From the NCBI GenBank assembly GCA_965228855.1, contig CBDDIJ010000005.1, forward strand, positions 832,001-896,000: a DNA stretch of 64,000 nt, read 5' to 3'. Position numbers and translations under genes: made by a program. The notes beneath the pieces are model-generated. The model was given only the letters and a program-made list of their open reading frames with translations. It made no database searches and had not been told where the DNA came from. Source of the stretch: Candidatus Obscuribacterales bacterium. Lineage in GTDB: Bacteria > Cyanobacteriota > Vampirovibrionia > Obscuribacterales > Obscuribacteraceae. Positions 10,697 to 22,695 of the stretch are shown here, in pieces; the first letter of the stretch is position 1, and each line of letters opens with the position of its first letter.

Positions 10697-11383
10697 CTAC
10701 ATCTTACGGAAAAGACCAACAACGACCCCCTGGATTTGCAGATCCGAGGCACGCGAAACAAAAATAGGCTCCATCGATGAATTGCCCGGCTGCAAGCGGA
10801 ATCCACCGTTTTCTTTATAGAAGCGCTTGAGCGTCGCGCTTCCATCCTCAAGCAATGCCACCACGATTTCGCCGTTGGTCGGCGACGGGCTTGGCTTGAT
10901 GATCACGTAGTCACCACTGTAAATACCATCCTCAATCATCGAATCACCCTTCACTTCAAGGGCAAAACAACCGCGCTGGGCGTAATCGCTTTCCATAGTC
11001 AAATATTCCGGCGTCTCAAAAGCATCGATTGGCGCACCGGCAGCAATGCGACCCGCAAGTGGAACACCGACGGGCTGCGCTTCCTGAGCAGGCACATGCT
11101 CAGCAGACGGAACAGCGCGCAACTCACCCTCATTGCCATCCTCATCAAGATTGAGCAATTTGAGCCCTTCACTGAGCACACGCATCGAGCGATTAAGTTT
11201 CGGCTCCCACTGAACCAATTCCTTTTTCTTGAGCGCTGAAACGTGCTGATGGATAGTCATCCGGTTTTTAAGCCCAAGGTGGGTCGCTAACTCCTGGAGA
11301 GTCGGAGGATAACCACATTGCTCGGACAACTCTACTATGGCATTGAGCACGTCTCGCTGGCGCGCGGGTAGCTGTCGTGACAC
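10697..11383 (-). CDS. lexA: SOS repressor LexA
   Basis: N-terminal wHTH GYPPTLQEL, cleavage site IAAG-P, catalytic GDSM and ATLKRF. Confidence 0.93.
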   Translation of the reverse strand: MSRQLPARQRDVLNAIVELSEQCGYPPTLQELATHLGLKNRMTIHQHVSALKKKELVQWEPKLNRSMRVLSEGLKLLNLDEDGNEGELRAVPSAEHVPAQEAQPVGVPLAGRIAAGAPIDAFETPEYLTMESDYAQRGCFALEVKGDSMIEDGIYSGDYVIIKPSPSPTNGEIVVALLEDGSATLKRFYKENGGFRLQPGNSSMEPIFVSRASDLQIQGVVVGLFRKM

Positions 11384-11440
11384 TTTCTCGTTCCTCTAAC
11401 CTCTGACAGATGGGACCTTTTTCAAGAGCACCCATACGTA

Positions 11441-11469
11441 AGTATAGTATCCCTCGATCTGACTGTCTA
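11441..11469 (-). promoter_or_regulatory. Putative sigma70 promoter of lexA (TAGACA-N17-TATACT)
   Basis: Minus strand reads TAGACA GTCAGATCGAGGGATAC TATACT, 57 nt upstream of the lexA start. Confidence 0.6.
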
Positions 11470-11510
11470 CCTTTTTTCTGAAATTTCCTTTAGATCGGCC
11501 GATAAATTTT

Positions 11511-12260
11511 TCAACCGGTCGGCACCACCTCTGGTGGCCACTCAACGGTCAACAATGACCTCGCAAACAGCAAATGCGGTTTAGCCACTGCTTCCAACCC
11601 GATTGGATTGAGCATAGTGTTGTAAACGAAGTCCGCATGAGCCTCTTGAAGCGGCCAGGGAGCATGGTGAATATGCGCGCGCAATAACGTGCCGTCACCA
11701 GATACGGTGTACAAACAATAGCGTTCGGTCAAGAAGTGTTCGATGGTGCCCTTCTGAGCGAAGAACGGCTCACCACTGGGTCGATAGCGGACATCAAGGG
11801 CGGCCGCGTCTCCGCGACGGTCGGTTCGCTTGCTTTTGTAGCAAATCGAGCCGTCACGATCGACCGCACTCATCTCCGCATAATAATAAGGAAGGTGAAA
11901 CCAGGTGCGCGCCCCCTCGACCGCAAACAGACTGGCGCAATCAAGCGAAAAGAAATAGACGCCTGGAATTCCGTCGACGACAACGTAAGTGCGCACGTTC
12001 AGTTCCAAAAAATCCGAAACAACAGGCAAGCGAGGCGTAAAGCGCGGACGTACTTTTCGCATTTTGAACGGCACCACTCCTATGTATGCGGCTCCGTCGA
12101 GTATATCCAGATCCATCTGCGCTGGAACAAGCTTTCTCACCACATCCGGTTCGAACTTCCAGTGCGCAAAAAGCAGATCGTCCCACATCTGAGTCATCAC
12201 CCATGGTGCCATGGGATATGGATAGTGGCGATGATCTTTTACAGCGAGCAGGTCTTTCAT
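11511..12260 (-). CDS. YqjF family (DUF2071) protein
   Basis: QMWDDLLFAHW, FLELNVRTYV, PGVYFFSLD, FLTERY, HAPWPLQ. Confidence 0.88.
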   Translation of the reverse strand: MKDLLAVKDHRHYPYPMAPWVMTQMWDDLLFAHWKFEPDVVRKLVPAQMDLDILDGAAYIGVVPFKMRKVRPRFTPRLPVVSDFLELNVRTYVVVDGIPGVYFFSLDCASLFAVEGARTWFHLPYYYAEMSAVDRDGSICYKSKRTDRRGDAAALDVRYRPSGEPFFAQKGTIEHFLTERYCLYTVSGDGTLLRAHIHHAPWPLQEAHADFVYNTMLNPIGLEAVAKPHLLFARSLLTVEWPPEVVPTG

Positions 12261-12307
12261 CGAAAAGAGTTTTAAGCCTACGCTTCCGCTATAGAGAATT
12301 GACCAAT

Positions 12308-13315
12308 CTAAAGAATGCGTTGACCAAGACTTGAAAGAATCAGTTCAACAGCCAGTTTAGCTGTGCTGTTCTTAATGTCGTTAGCAGGATTCAGTTCAAC
12401 TATATCTATGGATCTAATCAGTTGCGACTCAGCCAGAAGAGTGAGCGCAAGATGACTCTCGCGATAATTGAATCCACCACGAGCGGGTGTGGAAACACCA
12501 GGAGCGACATCGGGGTCGATAACATCGATGTCGAATGAGACGTGAAGCCCCGTAGAATCCGAGCCGCAAGCGCCAAGCGCAAGGTCGGTAACGCGACCGA
12601 GCCCAAGGTGATCGATATCACGGATGGTGAACGGAGTGACACCACATTGATCGATCAATTCGCGCTCCGGCGGATCCACATCGCGAATTCCGATGAGCAC
12701 CGAACGATTCGGCAGAACTTTCGGCGAGTATCCGAGCAACTCGGTCAACCGCTTATCGCCCCTGCCAAGCGAGACAGCAAGTGGCATTCCATGGACGTTT
12801 CCGCTGCCGGAAGACTCAGGGGTGTTGATGTCACCATGTGCATCAAACCACATCAATCCCCAATTCTCGTTTCGCTTGCGATAGTAGCTCGACACGCCGG
12901 CGATACTTCCAATCGCGAGCGAATGATCGCCGCCGATTGTAATTGGAATAGTGCCTTTCGTCATCGCCGCTTCCACAGCTGCAGCGACATCTTCACTGAC
13001 TTGCCCGATTTCCGGAACACACTTAGCCGGTGAATGTTGATCCCACCAGCACACTGAATAAGGCACCTGGATGTCGATTTCGTCAGCGACTTTAAAACCG
13101 AGACGCTCGATACTCTCAGGCAACTCGGCGACTCGCATCGCTGCGGGTCCCATGCTCACTCCGCGATGAGAACCGCCAAGATGCAAAGGCACGTAAATCA
13201 GCGTGACAGAATCAAGTTTCTTGCGCGCAGCTTGTTGTTCTGCACCGGGAGACTTTTCAGGAGTTTTTTCTGAGCTTTTTGCTTCTGGAGCCAACATGAC
13301 GCATTCCTTTATCAT
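12308..13315 (-). CDS. rocF: Arginase
   Basis: GGDHS, DAHGDINT, SGNVHGMP, SFDIDVIDP..APGV, ELNP. Confidence 0.92.
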   Translation of the reverse strand: MIKECVMLAPEAKSSEKTPEKSPGAEQQAARKKLDSVTLIYVPLHLGGSHRGVSMGPAAMRVAELPESIERLGFKVADEIDIQVPYSVCWWDQHSPAKCVPEIGQVSEDVAAAVEAAMTKGTIPITIGGDHSLAIGSIAGVSSYYRKRNENWGLMWFDAHGDINTPESSGSGNVHGMPLAVSLGRGDKRLTELLGYSPKVLPNRSVLIGIRDVDPPERELIDQCGVTPFTIRDIDHLGLGRVTDLALGACGSDSTGLHVSFDIDVIDPDVAPGVSTPARGGFNYRESHLALTLLAESQLIRSIDIVELNPANDIKNSTAKLAVELILSSLGQRIL

Positions 13316-13597
13316 TCGAGTCCGTGGAACTCGACGATTGTAGACCGGTTCATTAAAGGAAAACGGAGTGTCTAGTTTCCGTTACAGAGCGCAAGTTGAC
13401 TGGCTATTTGCGCTCGCATCCTAACTACCCTAGTGTATAATCTTCCGATAGTTTTGTCTTTCTTTGTCGCGACAAAATGGCGATTTAGTTGGACGGCAGC
13501 CAGTTTCAAGCCACATGCTATTTGAGAAATGAACTCAAGAGCGTCGGCGAACTTACGAGGCTGTGCTCAACTAATTGGTTCGATGGAGGTTAGAGTT

Positions 13598-13960
13598 GTG
13601 ATTCGGCCTATCGTGAAACTATTCTTTCTGGCAAAAGCCTCTTTAGAGGTCGGGCGAGAGCGCCTTGAAGATTGCCTGGATGCAGTCACCGCCAGAGCGA
13701 GCGAGTATAAATCGAACGGCTCTGACAAAGTTTCTGAAGCGAAAGAGCGCGTACAGCAAGTCGCCAACGAACTTTCGCAACACATCTGGCAACGCTCCGA
13801 AATTCTCGAAAGTCAAGTGCGCGAGAAAATTCGCAGACAGGTAGCTGATTTTTCGCTGGGTGCGCTTGGCGACTCGACCGAAATCAACGAGCTTCGGGCA
13901 GAGATTGCCACATTGCGAGCAGAAATTTCAGAATTGAAGCAAATGAAGGCGTCTGTTTAA
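13598..13960 (+). CDS. DUF6825-like protein (resembles the cyanobacterial gene upstream of ABC1 kinases)
   Basis: GGAGGT RBS before in-frame GTG 13598; PIVKLFF..ERLE N-terminus and INELRAEIATLRAE coiled-coil C-terminus. Confidence 0.65.
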   Translation: MIRPIVKLFFLAKASLEVGRERLEDCLDAVTARASEYKSNGSDKVSEAKERVQQVANELSQHIWQRSEILESQVREKIRRQVADFSLGALGDSTEINELRAEIATLRAEISELKQMKASV

Positions 13961-14008
13961 TTCTTTTAGTACGATAAACAGAGTCGACTCTTCTCAAACA
14001 AAATCAGC

Positions 14009-15946
14009 TTGACTGCGGACGAACCAGCAAAAGAAACCACCAGCTCGACCGCGCTGCAGCCGCTCGGGCAGCAGCTTTACGACCCCAAGAAAGCGGATCG
14101 CTCGATCAGCCCTCAGGAATTGGTCAAAGACAAGCGCTTCTGGCAGGTCAGTCGAACGCTTACGCTTTTTGTCGCCGGTTCGATTTCCGAGAAATACGGC
14201 AAAGACACTTCTCTCACAACCAGCGAGAAGCGCAAAAAGCGTTCGTCGAGAGTTCGCCAGGCGCTGATCGAACTTGGTCCTACTTTTATAAAACTGGGTC
14301 AGTTCCTCTCCGTCAGACGCGACATATTATCCGACGAGATGGCTGATGAACTCGCGCTCTTGCAGGACAAGGTGCCGCCTTTCGATGTCGCGATCGCCAG
14401 AAAAATTATCGAAATGGATCTGGGCGCGCCACCGGAAAAGCTATTTGCAAAGTTCGAAGAAACACCCATCGCTTCGGCCAGCATCGGACAAGTGCATCGA
14501 GCCTGGCTGCAGGACGGCACACCCGTAGTCGTGAAAGTGCAGCGTCCCGACTTGGCGACCCGCTTTTATCAAGACCTTGGCTACATGCGGTTGGCAACTC
14601 GTCTGGGCGGTCGACTGAAGAAAAGCACTGCCTGGGACGACTGGCTGCAATTATCAGACGAATTCGGTCGTACCTTATTTCAAGAAATCAATTACCTGCA
14701 AGAAGGCAAAAACGCTGACAGACTTCGTCAAATTTTGAAGGGGCATCCCGAGATTCGCGTGCCGAGAATCTTTTGGAAATTTGCGGGCAAGCGGGTTTTA
14801 ACCCTTGAATACATTCCAGGGATAAAAGTCTCCGACACGAAGGCACTTGAAGACTCCGGTCTGGATCTGGTCGCCATCGGCAACCGCCTTGTCAGTTGCT
14901 ACTTAGACCAGGTCCTGTTGCACGGTTTCTTTCACGCCGATCCGCACGCGGGTAATCTCGCGATCGACGATTGGGGAAACGTGGTGCTTTACGACTTCGG
15001 AATGATAGGCGAAATCACGGATGCTCAGCGTGATGCCATCACTGGTTGTATTGCCGCAGTTATAAGACGCGATATCGATGATCTGATTGTGCACTTGAAA
15101 ATCCTCGGAATCGTCAAAGAAAATGCCAAGACCGAGCCTGTGAGACGCGCCATTGAGCCGCTCATCGACTATTACGCGGGTAAAGGTTTACGCGAGCTGG
15201 ATTTTTCGCACCTGGAAAGCGATATCGACCAGATCGCAGACGAGCGAGCAATTTATTTGCCGCCGACATTGGCCTACCTGATCCGCACAGGAACAGCACT
15301 TGAAGGGGTTGCTCGCACATTGCATCCGAACTTCAGTTTCGTCGAAGCGGCTAAACCATCGATTCGTAAATGGATTTTGAACAAACCGGATCAAGCTGCA
15401 AATGTTTTAAAACTGATGGGGGGCGAATATGCAAACGCTCTCAAAGCTGCCTGGTTGAAACTAATTAACGCAAAAACACTCGACAACTCACTTTCCTTCT
15501 TACAAACAAATCATCCACCTAAAACTCAATCCGAAAAAAGCCGCTCGTCAAGCGCCGTTCCCGCGACACTCGCAGCAAAGCAGCCTTCGGTTTTCTTCAC
15601 ACAAGAAGATGTAAAGACACCAGCCGAAAAGGGCGAAATCGACCAGGAGATGAGCGCTCTGCTTCAACAACTCGATCAAGTGAAAAGCCGAGTTAACACT
15701 TTGGAAAAGGAGATCGGAGAGTTCGCGCAAAATAGAGTAAATTTACTAGTGCAGTCAATGTGGCTCTTGGCATTTTCCATTTTGTATTTGGGAACCTGCT
15801 TGATAACTGAGCTGCGACCATATTCAATTTATTTTTTGATTGGAAATGGTTTTTTGGTGGCAAGAATAATTGGACACCTGGTCAGATCAAGTAAACTAAG
15901 AGGCCGGTCTGGGACGACCGAGCTTTCTAGGAGGCAACGGAGATAA
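14009..15946 (+). CDS. AarF/ABC1/UbiB family atypical kinase
   Basis: LGPTFIKLGQ, LQDKVPPF, ASASIGQVH, VVKVQRP, FFHADPHAGN, DFGM; C-terminal TM pair. Confidence 0.92.
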   Translation: MTADEPAKETTSSTALQPLGQQLYDPKKADRSISPQELVKDKRFWQVSRTLTLFVAGSISEKYGKDTSLTTSEKRKKRSSRVRQALIELGPTFIKLGQFLSVRRDILSDEMADELALLQDKVPPFDVAIARKIIEMDLGAPPEKLFAKFEETPIASASIGQVHRAWLQDGTPVVVKVQRPDLATRFYQDLGYMRLATRLGGRLKKSTAWDDWLQLSDEFGRTLFQEINYLQEGKNADRLRQILKGHPEIRVPRIFWKFAGKRVLTLEYIPGIKVSDTKALEDSGLDLVAIGNRLVSCYLDQVLLHGFFHADPHAGNLAIDDWGNVVLYDFGMIGEITDAQRDAITGCIAAVIRRDIDDLIVHLKILGIVKENAKTEPVRRAIEPLIDYYAGKGLRELDFSHLESDIDQIADERAIYLPPTLAYLIRTGTALEGVARTLHPNFSFVEAAKPSIRKWILNKPDQAANVLKLMGGEYANALKAAWLKLINAKTLDNSLSFLQTNHPPKTQSEKSRSSSAVPATLAAKQPSVFFTQEDVKTPAEKGEIDQEMSALLQQLDQVKSRVNTLEKEIGEFAQNRVNLLVQSMWLLAFSILYLGTCLITELRPYSIYFLIGNGFLVARIIGHLVRSSKLRGRSGTTELSRRQRR

Positions 15947-15949
15947 GGT

Positions 15950-16711
15950 ATGCTTAAATGGCGTGCAGCTGCACGGACTGATGCGGGTTGCCAGCGTCAG
16001 AGAAACGAAGACAATTTTTGGATGAGCCCGGATCAACGGGTTTTCGCGGTTGCAGATGGTATGGGTGGCGCGGTTGGCGGCTCCCGAGCCAGTAAGCTCG
16101 CCGTGGAAGCGATTGAAAAACAGTGGCGCGAATCGCCACCGTCCCTGGACGATAAAGACAAGATTCAAAAGTGGCTGGACGAAACAGTCAACATGGCGAA
16201 CCACAAAGTGTGGCATGAAGCCGAAGAAGACGCTTCGGTTCGCGGAATGGGCACGACGGTGGTCGTGGCTGTTCAGTCCGATAACAATATGCTCCAGATC
16301 GCTCACGTCGGCGATTCGCGAGCTTATCTGTTGAGAGATGGAAAGCACACGCTCCTTACTAACGACCACTCTGTAGTTCAAGAGATGGTGCGCGCCGGAC
16401 GGCTCACCGAGGAGCAAGCACGCATCAACCCTTATAAAAACTTAATCACCCGTTGCCTGGGTCACGAAGAGCGTGTCGAAATCGACCACACTCCGGTTGA
16501 TTTGAAAGACAACGACTGGGTCGTACTCTGCTCCGATGGGCTCCCAACAGTTCTAAGAGATGAGCAAATCGGCGATGTGGTCAAAGATGCCGCCGACCCC
16601 GATGACGTTTGCGAAGAACTAGTCAAACAGACACTCGATGGCGGCGCACCTGACAACGTCACGGTCGTCGTAATCAGATACGTGGACGAGTCTAGCAACG
16701 GCAGCAACTAA
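15950..16711 (+). CDS. PP2C (Stp1/IreP family) Ser/Thr phosphatase
   Basis: RQRNED, VADGMGG, MGTT, HVGDSRAY, DHS, CSDGL, DNVT. Confidence 0.93.
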   Translation: MLKWRAAARTDAGCQRQRNEDNFWMSPDQRVFAVADGMGGAVGGSRASKLAVEAIEKQWRESPPSLDDKDKIQKWLDETVNMANHKVWHEAEEDASVRGMGTTVVVAVQSDNNMLQIAHVGDSRAYLLRDGKHTLLTNDHSVVQEMVRAGRLTEEQARINPYKNLITRCLGHEERVEIDHTPVDLKDNDWVVLCSDGLPTVLRDEQIGDVVKDAADPDDVCEELVKQTLDGGAPDNVTVVVIRYVDESSNGSN

Positions 16712-16723
16712 GCTAATCAAACT

Positions 16724-17155
16724 ATGAGTAATGGAACTTGCAGTAGATGTGGAGGAATCGTCGATGCAGGCGGGCGTTGTACCGTTTGCGGCGCTCCATC
16801 ATTGCCTGCAGGTATGCAGTCCGGTCAGATGAGCGCAGGGGCACCAGGGAAGCCGATCTCAGCATCCAGACCAGCGTTTTTATATAACAAACTGACAAAT
16901 GAGCGCTACCCGCTCACGCAGTCTGTGAGCAAGATCGGACGGGATCAGACCAACAACATTTCCATAACCAACGACCACTACATCTCCAGACATCACAGCT
17001 GGGTGCTGCAAATGCAAGGCGGCTACTGGATCGAAGATCTGGGTTCGACCAACGGCACTCTGGTTAACGGCGAATTGCTTGGAGAACGGCGCCAGATTAA
17101 TCCCGGCGACAGGCTTACAATAGGAAAGACCGAGCTCATATTCGTAATGGAGTAA
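16724..17155 (+). CDS. Zinc-ribbon + FHA domain protein
   Basis: CSRC...CTVC N-terminus; IGR, ISRHH, DLGSTNGT FHA motifs. Confidence 0.9.
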   Translation: MSNGTCSRCGGIVDAGGRCTVCGAPSLPAGMQSGQMSAGAPGKPISASRPAFLYNKLTNERYPLTQSVSKIGRDQTNNISITNDHYISRHHSWVLQMQGGYWIEDLGSTNGTLVNGELLGERRQINPGDRLTIGKTELIFVME

Positions 17156-17159
17156 ATCC

Positions 17160-19615
<2,456 letters not shown>

Positions 19616-19616
<1 letters not shown>

Positions 19617-20296
19617 TGTCCGACAAATTCATACAAGAACCAAACATCAAAGTTGTACTCGCATCACAGTCCCCACGACGCATTGAGCTTTTAACAAACT
19701 TAGGCTTCAATTTCGAAGTCATGCCGGCCGATGTCGACGAAGTTGTAGAGCCGGATAAAACAGCAGCAGGCAATGTAATTCAAATTGCAAAATTGAAAGC
19801 GGATACGATCTACGAACGCCTGATGGCAGCGGGGAATTGGCAGACGTCGCCGGACGACCGTCTTCTTGTTCTGGGAGCGGACACGACCGTCGTCCTCGAC
19901 AATAAGATGATGGGCAAACCGGAAACCGAAGCCGACGCGCAAGTGATGTTGCGCGAGCTATCGGGACGCTGCCACGACGTTTTCACCGGTGTAGTTATTC
20001 TGATGAAGGAGCCGAGTAAAGAAACCCCGACCGAAATTTCAAGCTTCGAGATGTCGCACGTTTACTTCAGACCGCTGAGCGATCCGGAGATTGCCGCATA
20101 TGTGAAAACCGGGGAACCGATGGACAAAGCGGGCGCTTACGCACTTCAAGGAATCGGTTCGGCCTTCGTGCAAGCCATCGAGGGATGTTTTACAAATGTA
20201 ATTGGACTTCCGATACCACTGGTAGTATCAATGCTTCGCCGAGCAGGGATAACAATTCTCGGTACAACCGGCCGCTCCAGCACACCAGTAGGGTAG
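19616..20296 (+). CDS. maf: Maf family nucleotide pyrophosphatase
   Basis: LASQSPRR, GADT, KP, LSGRCH, DKAGAY, NVIGLP; start overlaps the kinase stop. Confidence 0.92.
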
Positions 20297-20327
20297 TCCC
20301 CGGAGCAGGTTGAACAGCCGGCATGGG

Positions 20328-20472
20328 TTTTGGCTACGAGGCAATGACGGAATCTGCGAAATCCGGCAATGTGTCGTAGACAACGTCTTGCCTGGAATCG
20401 ACTTGATCGAGTAAAGCATTGCTGTGCAAGCCTTTCCGGGCGAGATGGGCATGACGACATATAGTAGCCAAA
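20328..20472. repeat. Diverged MITE-like copy of the repeat family at 28748/28913, with terminal inverted repeats
   Basis: TTTGGCTAC...GTAGCCAAA ends; shares TTTTGGC.ACGAGGC, TAGACAA and GGCA.GACGACATATAGTAG with the 28.7-30.3 kb copies. Confidence 0.65.
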
Positions 20473-20590
20473 CAGCGAACACTTGAGATCCCAGACTATC
20501 GGAAGTAAAGGTGTTTGGCCCAAATAGCCAGAGATAACTTTCGTGTTTTCGATTCGCGATATGATATGAAACTGTCTCTATATCTGATGA

Positions 20591-22486
20591 ATGGAAAGAA
20601 GCGTGAAACATTTTTCACTCGGAAAAGGCGGATTTGCAGCCGGCGCGTGCGCAATCGCTTTTGCTTTGAGCATCAACCTGATGCCGGTTTTGGCTCAGGC
20701 TCAGGAAAATGGCTCGCTCGAAGATATGTGGCAAGAAGCGCAAGATGAGAAGACTGCGCCTGCAGCCACTCCAGAAAAAGCGACTTCAAAAAAATCTTCG
20801 AAGAAATCATCCAAGAAATCTAAACCGGAAGAAAAAACCGCTACAACAAATTCAGACGGTGAACTGTCGAAGACTCCCAAGGAGGCGGCTCCAGGATGGG
20901 GTTCGGACCTCAGTCCGAAACCGACGGAATCAGCAGACAATCCGACAGAAGAAAAGTCCGGCAGCAGCGCGACATCGCCAACACCCGACTCTTCCGCATC
21001 AACAACGACATCCTCGTCCGAGGATGACCCAGGCTCAGCGCTATCCAGACCAGTCACCTCCGGAACCAGTCTAGAAAAAAATTCAAAGACATCAAAAATC
21101 AAGACAACGACCACATCCGGAGCTGCATCGTCCAAGAGTTCGTCGAAATCAGCTTCCGACACCTCTGATTTCAGCTGGACTTCACCGGCAAGCTCGACAA
21201 CGGTGCCGGATTCAACAACCACGCCAACATCGACGTCCACGACAACCTCAACAACATCGACAAAATCGACAACATCGACAACCCCGACAACCTCAAAGTC
21301 GGCACCCCCGACAAACTCAACGTCATCAACAAACTCAGATTTATCAAATTCATCATCCAGCAGCAATTCTGCCGCCTCTACAGGCTCAGCTGCAGATGCC
21401 GATTCAGCGGTTTCAAAAGTCGATGGAGCGAATCAACCGCTCTGCAAATACACCGCGCTCACCGGCAGCGACTTGATTAAGTCTGGCGGCTGGCCAGGGG
21501 TTGGACCATTCGCACAGGATAAAGACGAGAGCGACGCTCTGGTTGACGAAGCCAAAAACAGACTGAAGGTGAAACTGTCCGGCGATGATGTAACGCACGC
21601 GGAGCTGCTGTTGGTGAATCAACCAGCAAAGGCAAACCAAATGCTCGCCGTTCAAATGACGGCAGACTTCCTCCTGGAAGCAGTCGGAGCTCAATCGGGC
21701 AAAATCGCTGATTTCAACAGCGCTTTGAGCAACAACCAGGAAAAACTTTCTAGTGGCGCCGATGATGCCTCAATAAATTTGAAGGCAGGAACATACGTTG
21801 TGCAGATCCAGAAGAAACCGGCTCAGGATGGGACGGGCCCAGGACACGTAGCCTACCTTATCGCTCTCGACAATCAAAAACCGGCTGTAGTTGCATCAGC
21901 AACAGCACCGAAAGTGGACAACACCAGTTTCAGCGTCTTCACGCCGAACGCTGGTTCTCAAGCCAGCACGCACACTACACCAACGACGATTTCGACGACG
22001 ACAACAACATCCTCTGCGCCGAAAACAACTCCGACTACTTCCAAAACAGCAACCACTCCGAAAACGACGATTGCGTCAAAACCGCCTGCTGAAGACCTTC
22101 TCCACAAGCAGTTCACGAATCTGATAAACAACTGGCAGCAGATTAAACGCTCGGCAGTTAAGACCAGACAAGCAGATAGCCTGTCACGAATCTTAGGCGG
22201 AAAGGCACTCTCCACACAGAACATCGCAATTCAGTGGCTGCTCGACAACAAGAAGTACTACGAGATGACACCGCTGGAACTGAAGATTCAATCCTACAAA
22301 GAAATCACGCCTGGCTCGAAATTCGAAGTTGAGACCTATATCAAAGAGCGCAGACAGTTGATGAACGCAAATACGATGAAAGCGGAAAAAGACTCTACAT
22401 CAGCGTATAACGTCATTTATACCGTCGAGAAAATTCGCGGATCGTGGCTGATCACGGACACGAGAATGAGTTCCGCGCAGCAGTAA
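20591..22486 (+). CDS. Secreted S/T-rich protein with C-terminal ARC6/IMS (DUF4101)-like domain
   Basis: Signal peptide; long Ser/Thr linkers; C-terminal LINNWQQIK..L..IL...YY..ELKI...YTVEK..SWLITD. Confidence 0.7.
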   Translation: MERSVKHFSLGKGGFAAGACAIAFALSINLMPVLAQAQENGSLEDMWQEAQDEKTAPAATPEKATSKKSSKKSSKKSKPEEKTATTNSDGELSKTPKEAAPGWGSDLSPKPTESADNPTEEKSGSSATSPTPDSSASTTTSSSEDDPGSALSRPVTSGTSLEKNSKTSKIKTTTTSGAASSKSSSKSASDTSDFSWTSPASSTTVPDSTTTPTSTSTTTSTTSTKSTTSTTPTTSKSAPPTNSTSSTNSDLSNSSSSSNSAASTGSAADADSAVSKVDGANQPLCKYTALTGSDLIKSGGWPGVGPFAQDKDESDALVDEAKNRLKVKLSGDDVTHAELLLVNQPAKANQMLAVQMTADFLLEAVGAQSGKIADFNSALSNNQEKLSSGADDASINLKAGTYVVQIQKKPAQDGTGPGHVAYLIALDNQKPAVVASATAPKVDNTSFSVFTPNAGSQASTHTTPTTISTTTTTSSAPKTTPTTSKTATTPKTTIASKPPAEDLLHKQFTNLINNWQQIKRSAVKTRQADSLSRILGGKALSTQNIAIQWLLDNKKYYEMTPLELKIQSYKEITPGSKFEVETYIKERRQLMNANTMKAEKDSTSAYNVIYTVEKIRGSWLITDTRMSSAQQ

Positions 22487-22695
22487 GGTTGTTTATTAAA
22501 ACCGCACAACGTTGGTCCGACGCATCAGCAGACGCGCCGCAGAGGACGAGGTCAAGGATGAAACAGCTCATGCGGAAATGAACCTCAAGACACCATTGTG
22601 AATCCAAGAGGTTCACCAGGAAAAAGCATCTTCTGAAATCGGACCGATAAAAGCGTGCCTGATAGTGACGTGCCGCTCACATTAAAGTAAAATCA

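Noticed and set aside
20452..20468. NrdR-box-like ACGACATATAGTAG (related ends near 28890 and 30320)
   Set aside because: Single sites embedded in the end of the repeat family, with no ribonucleotide reductase gene nearby.
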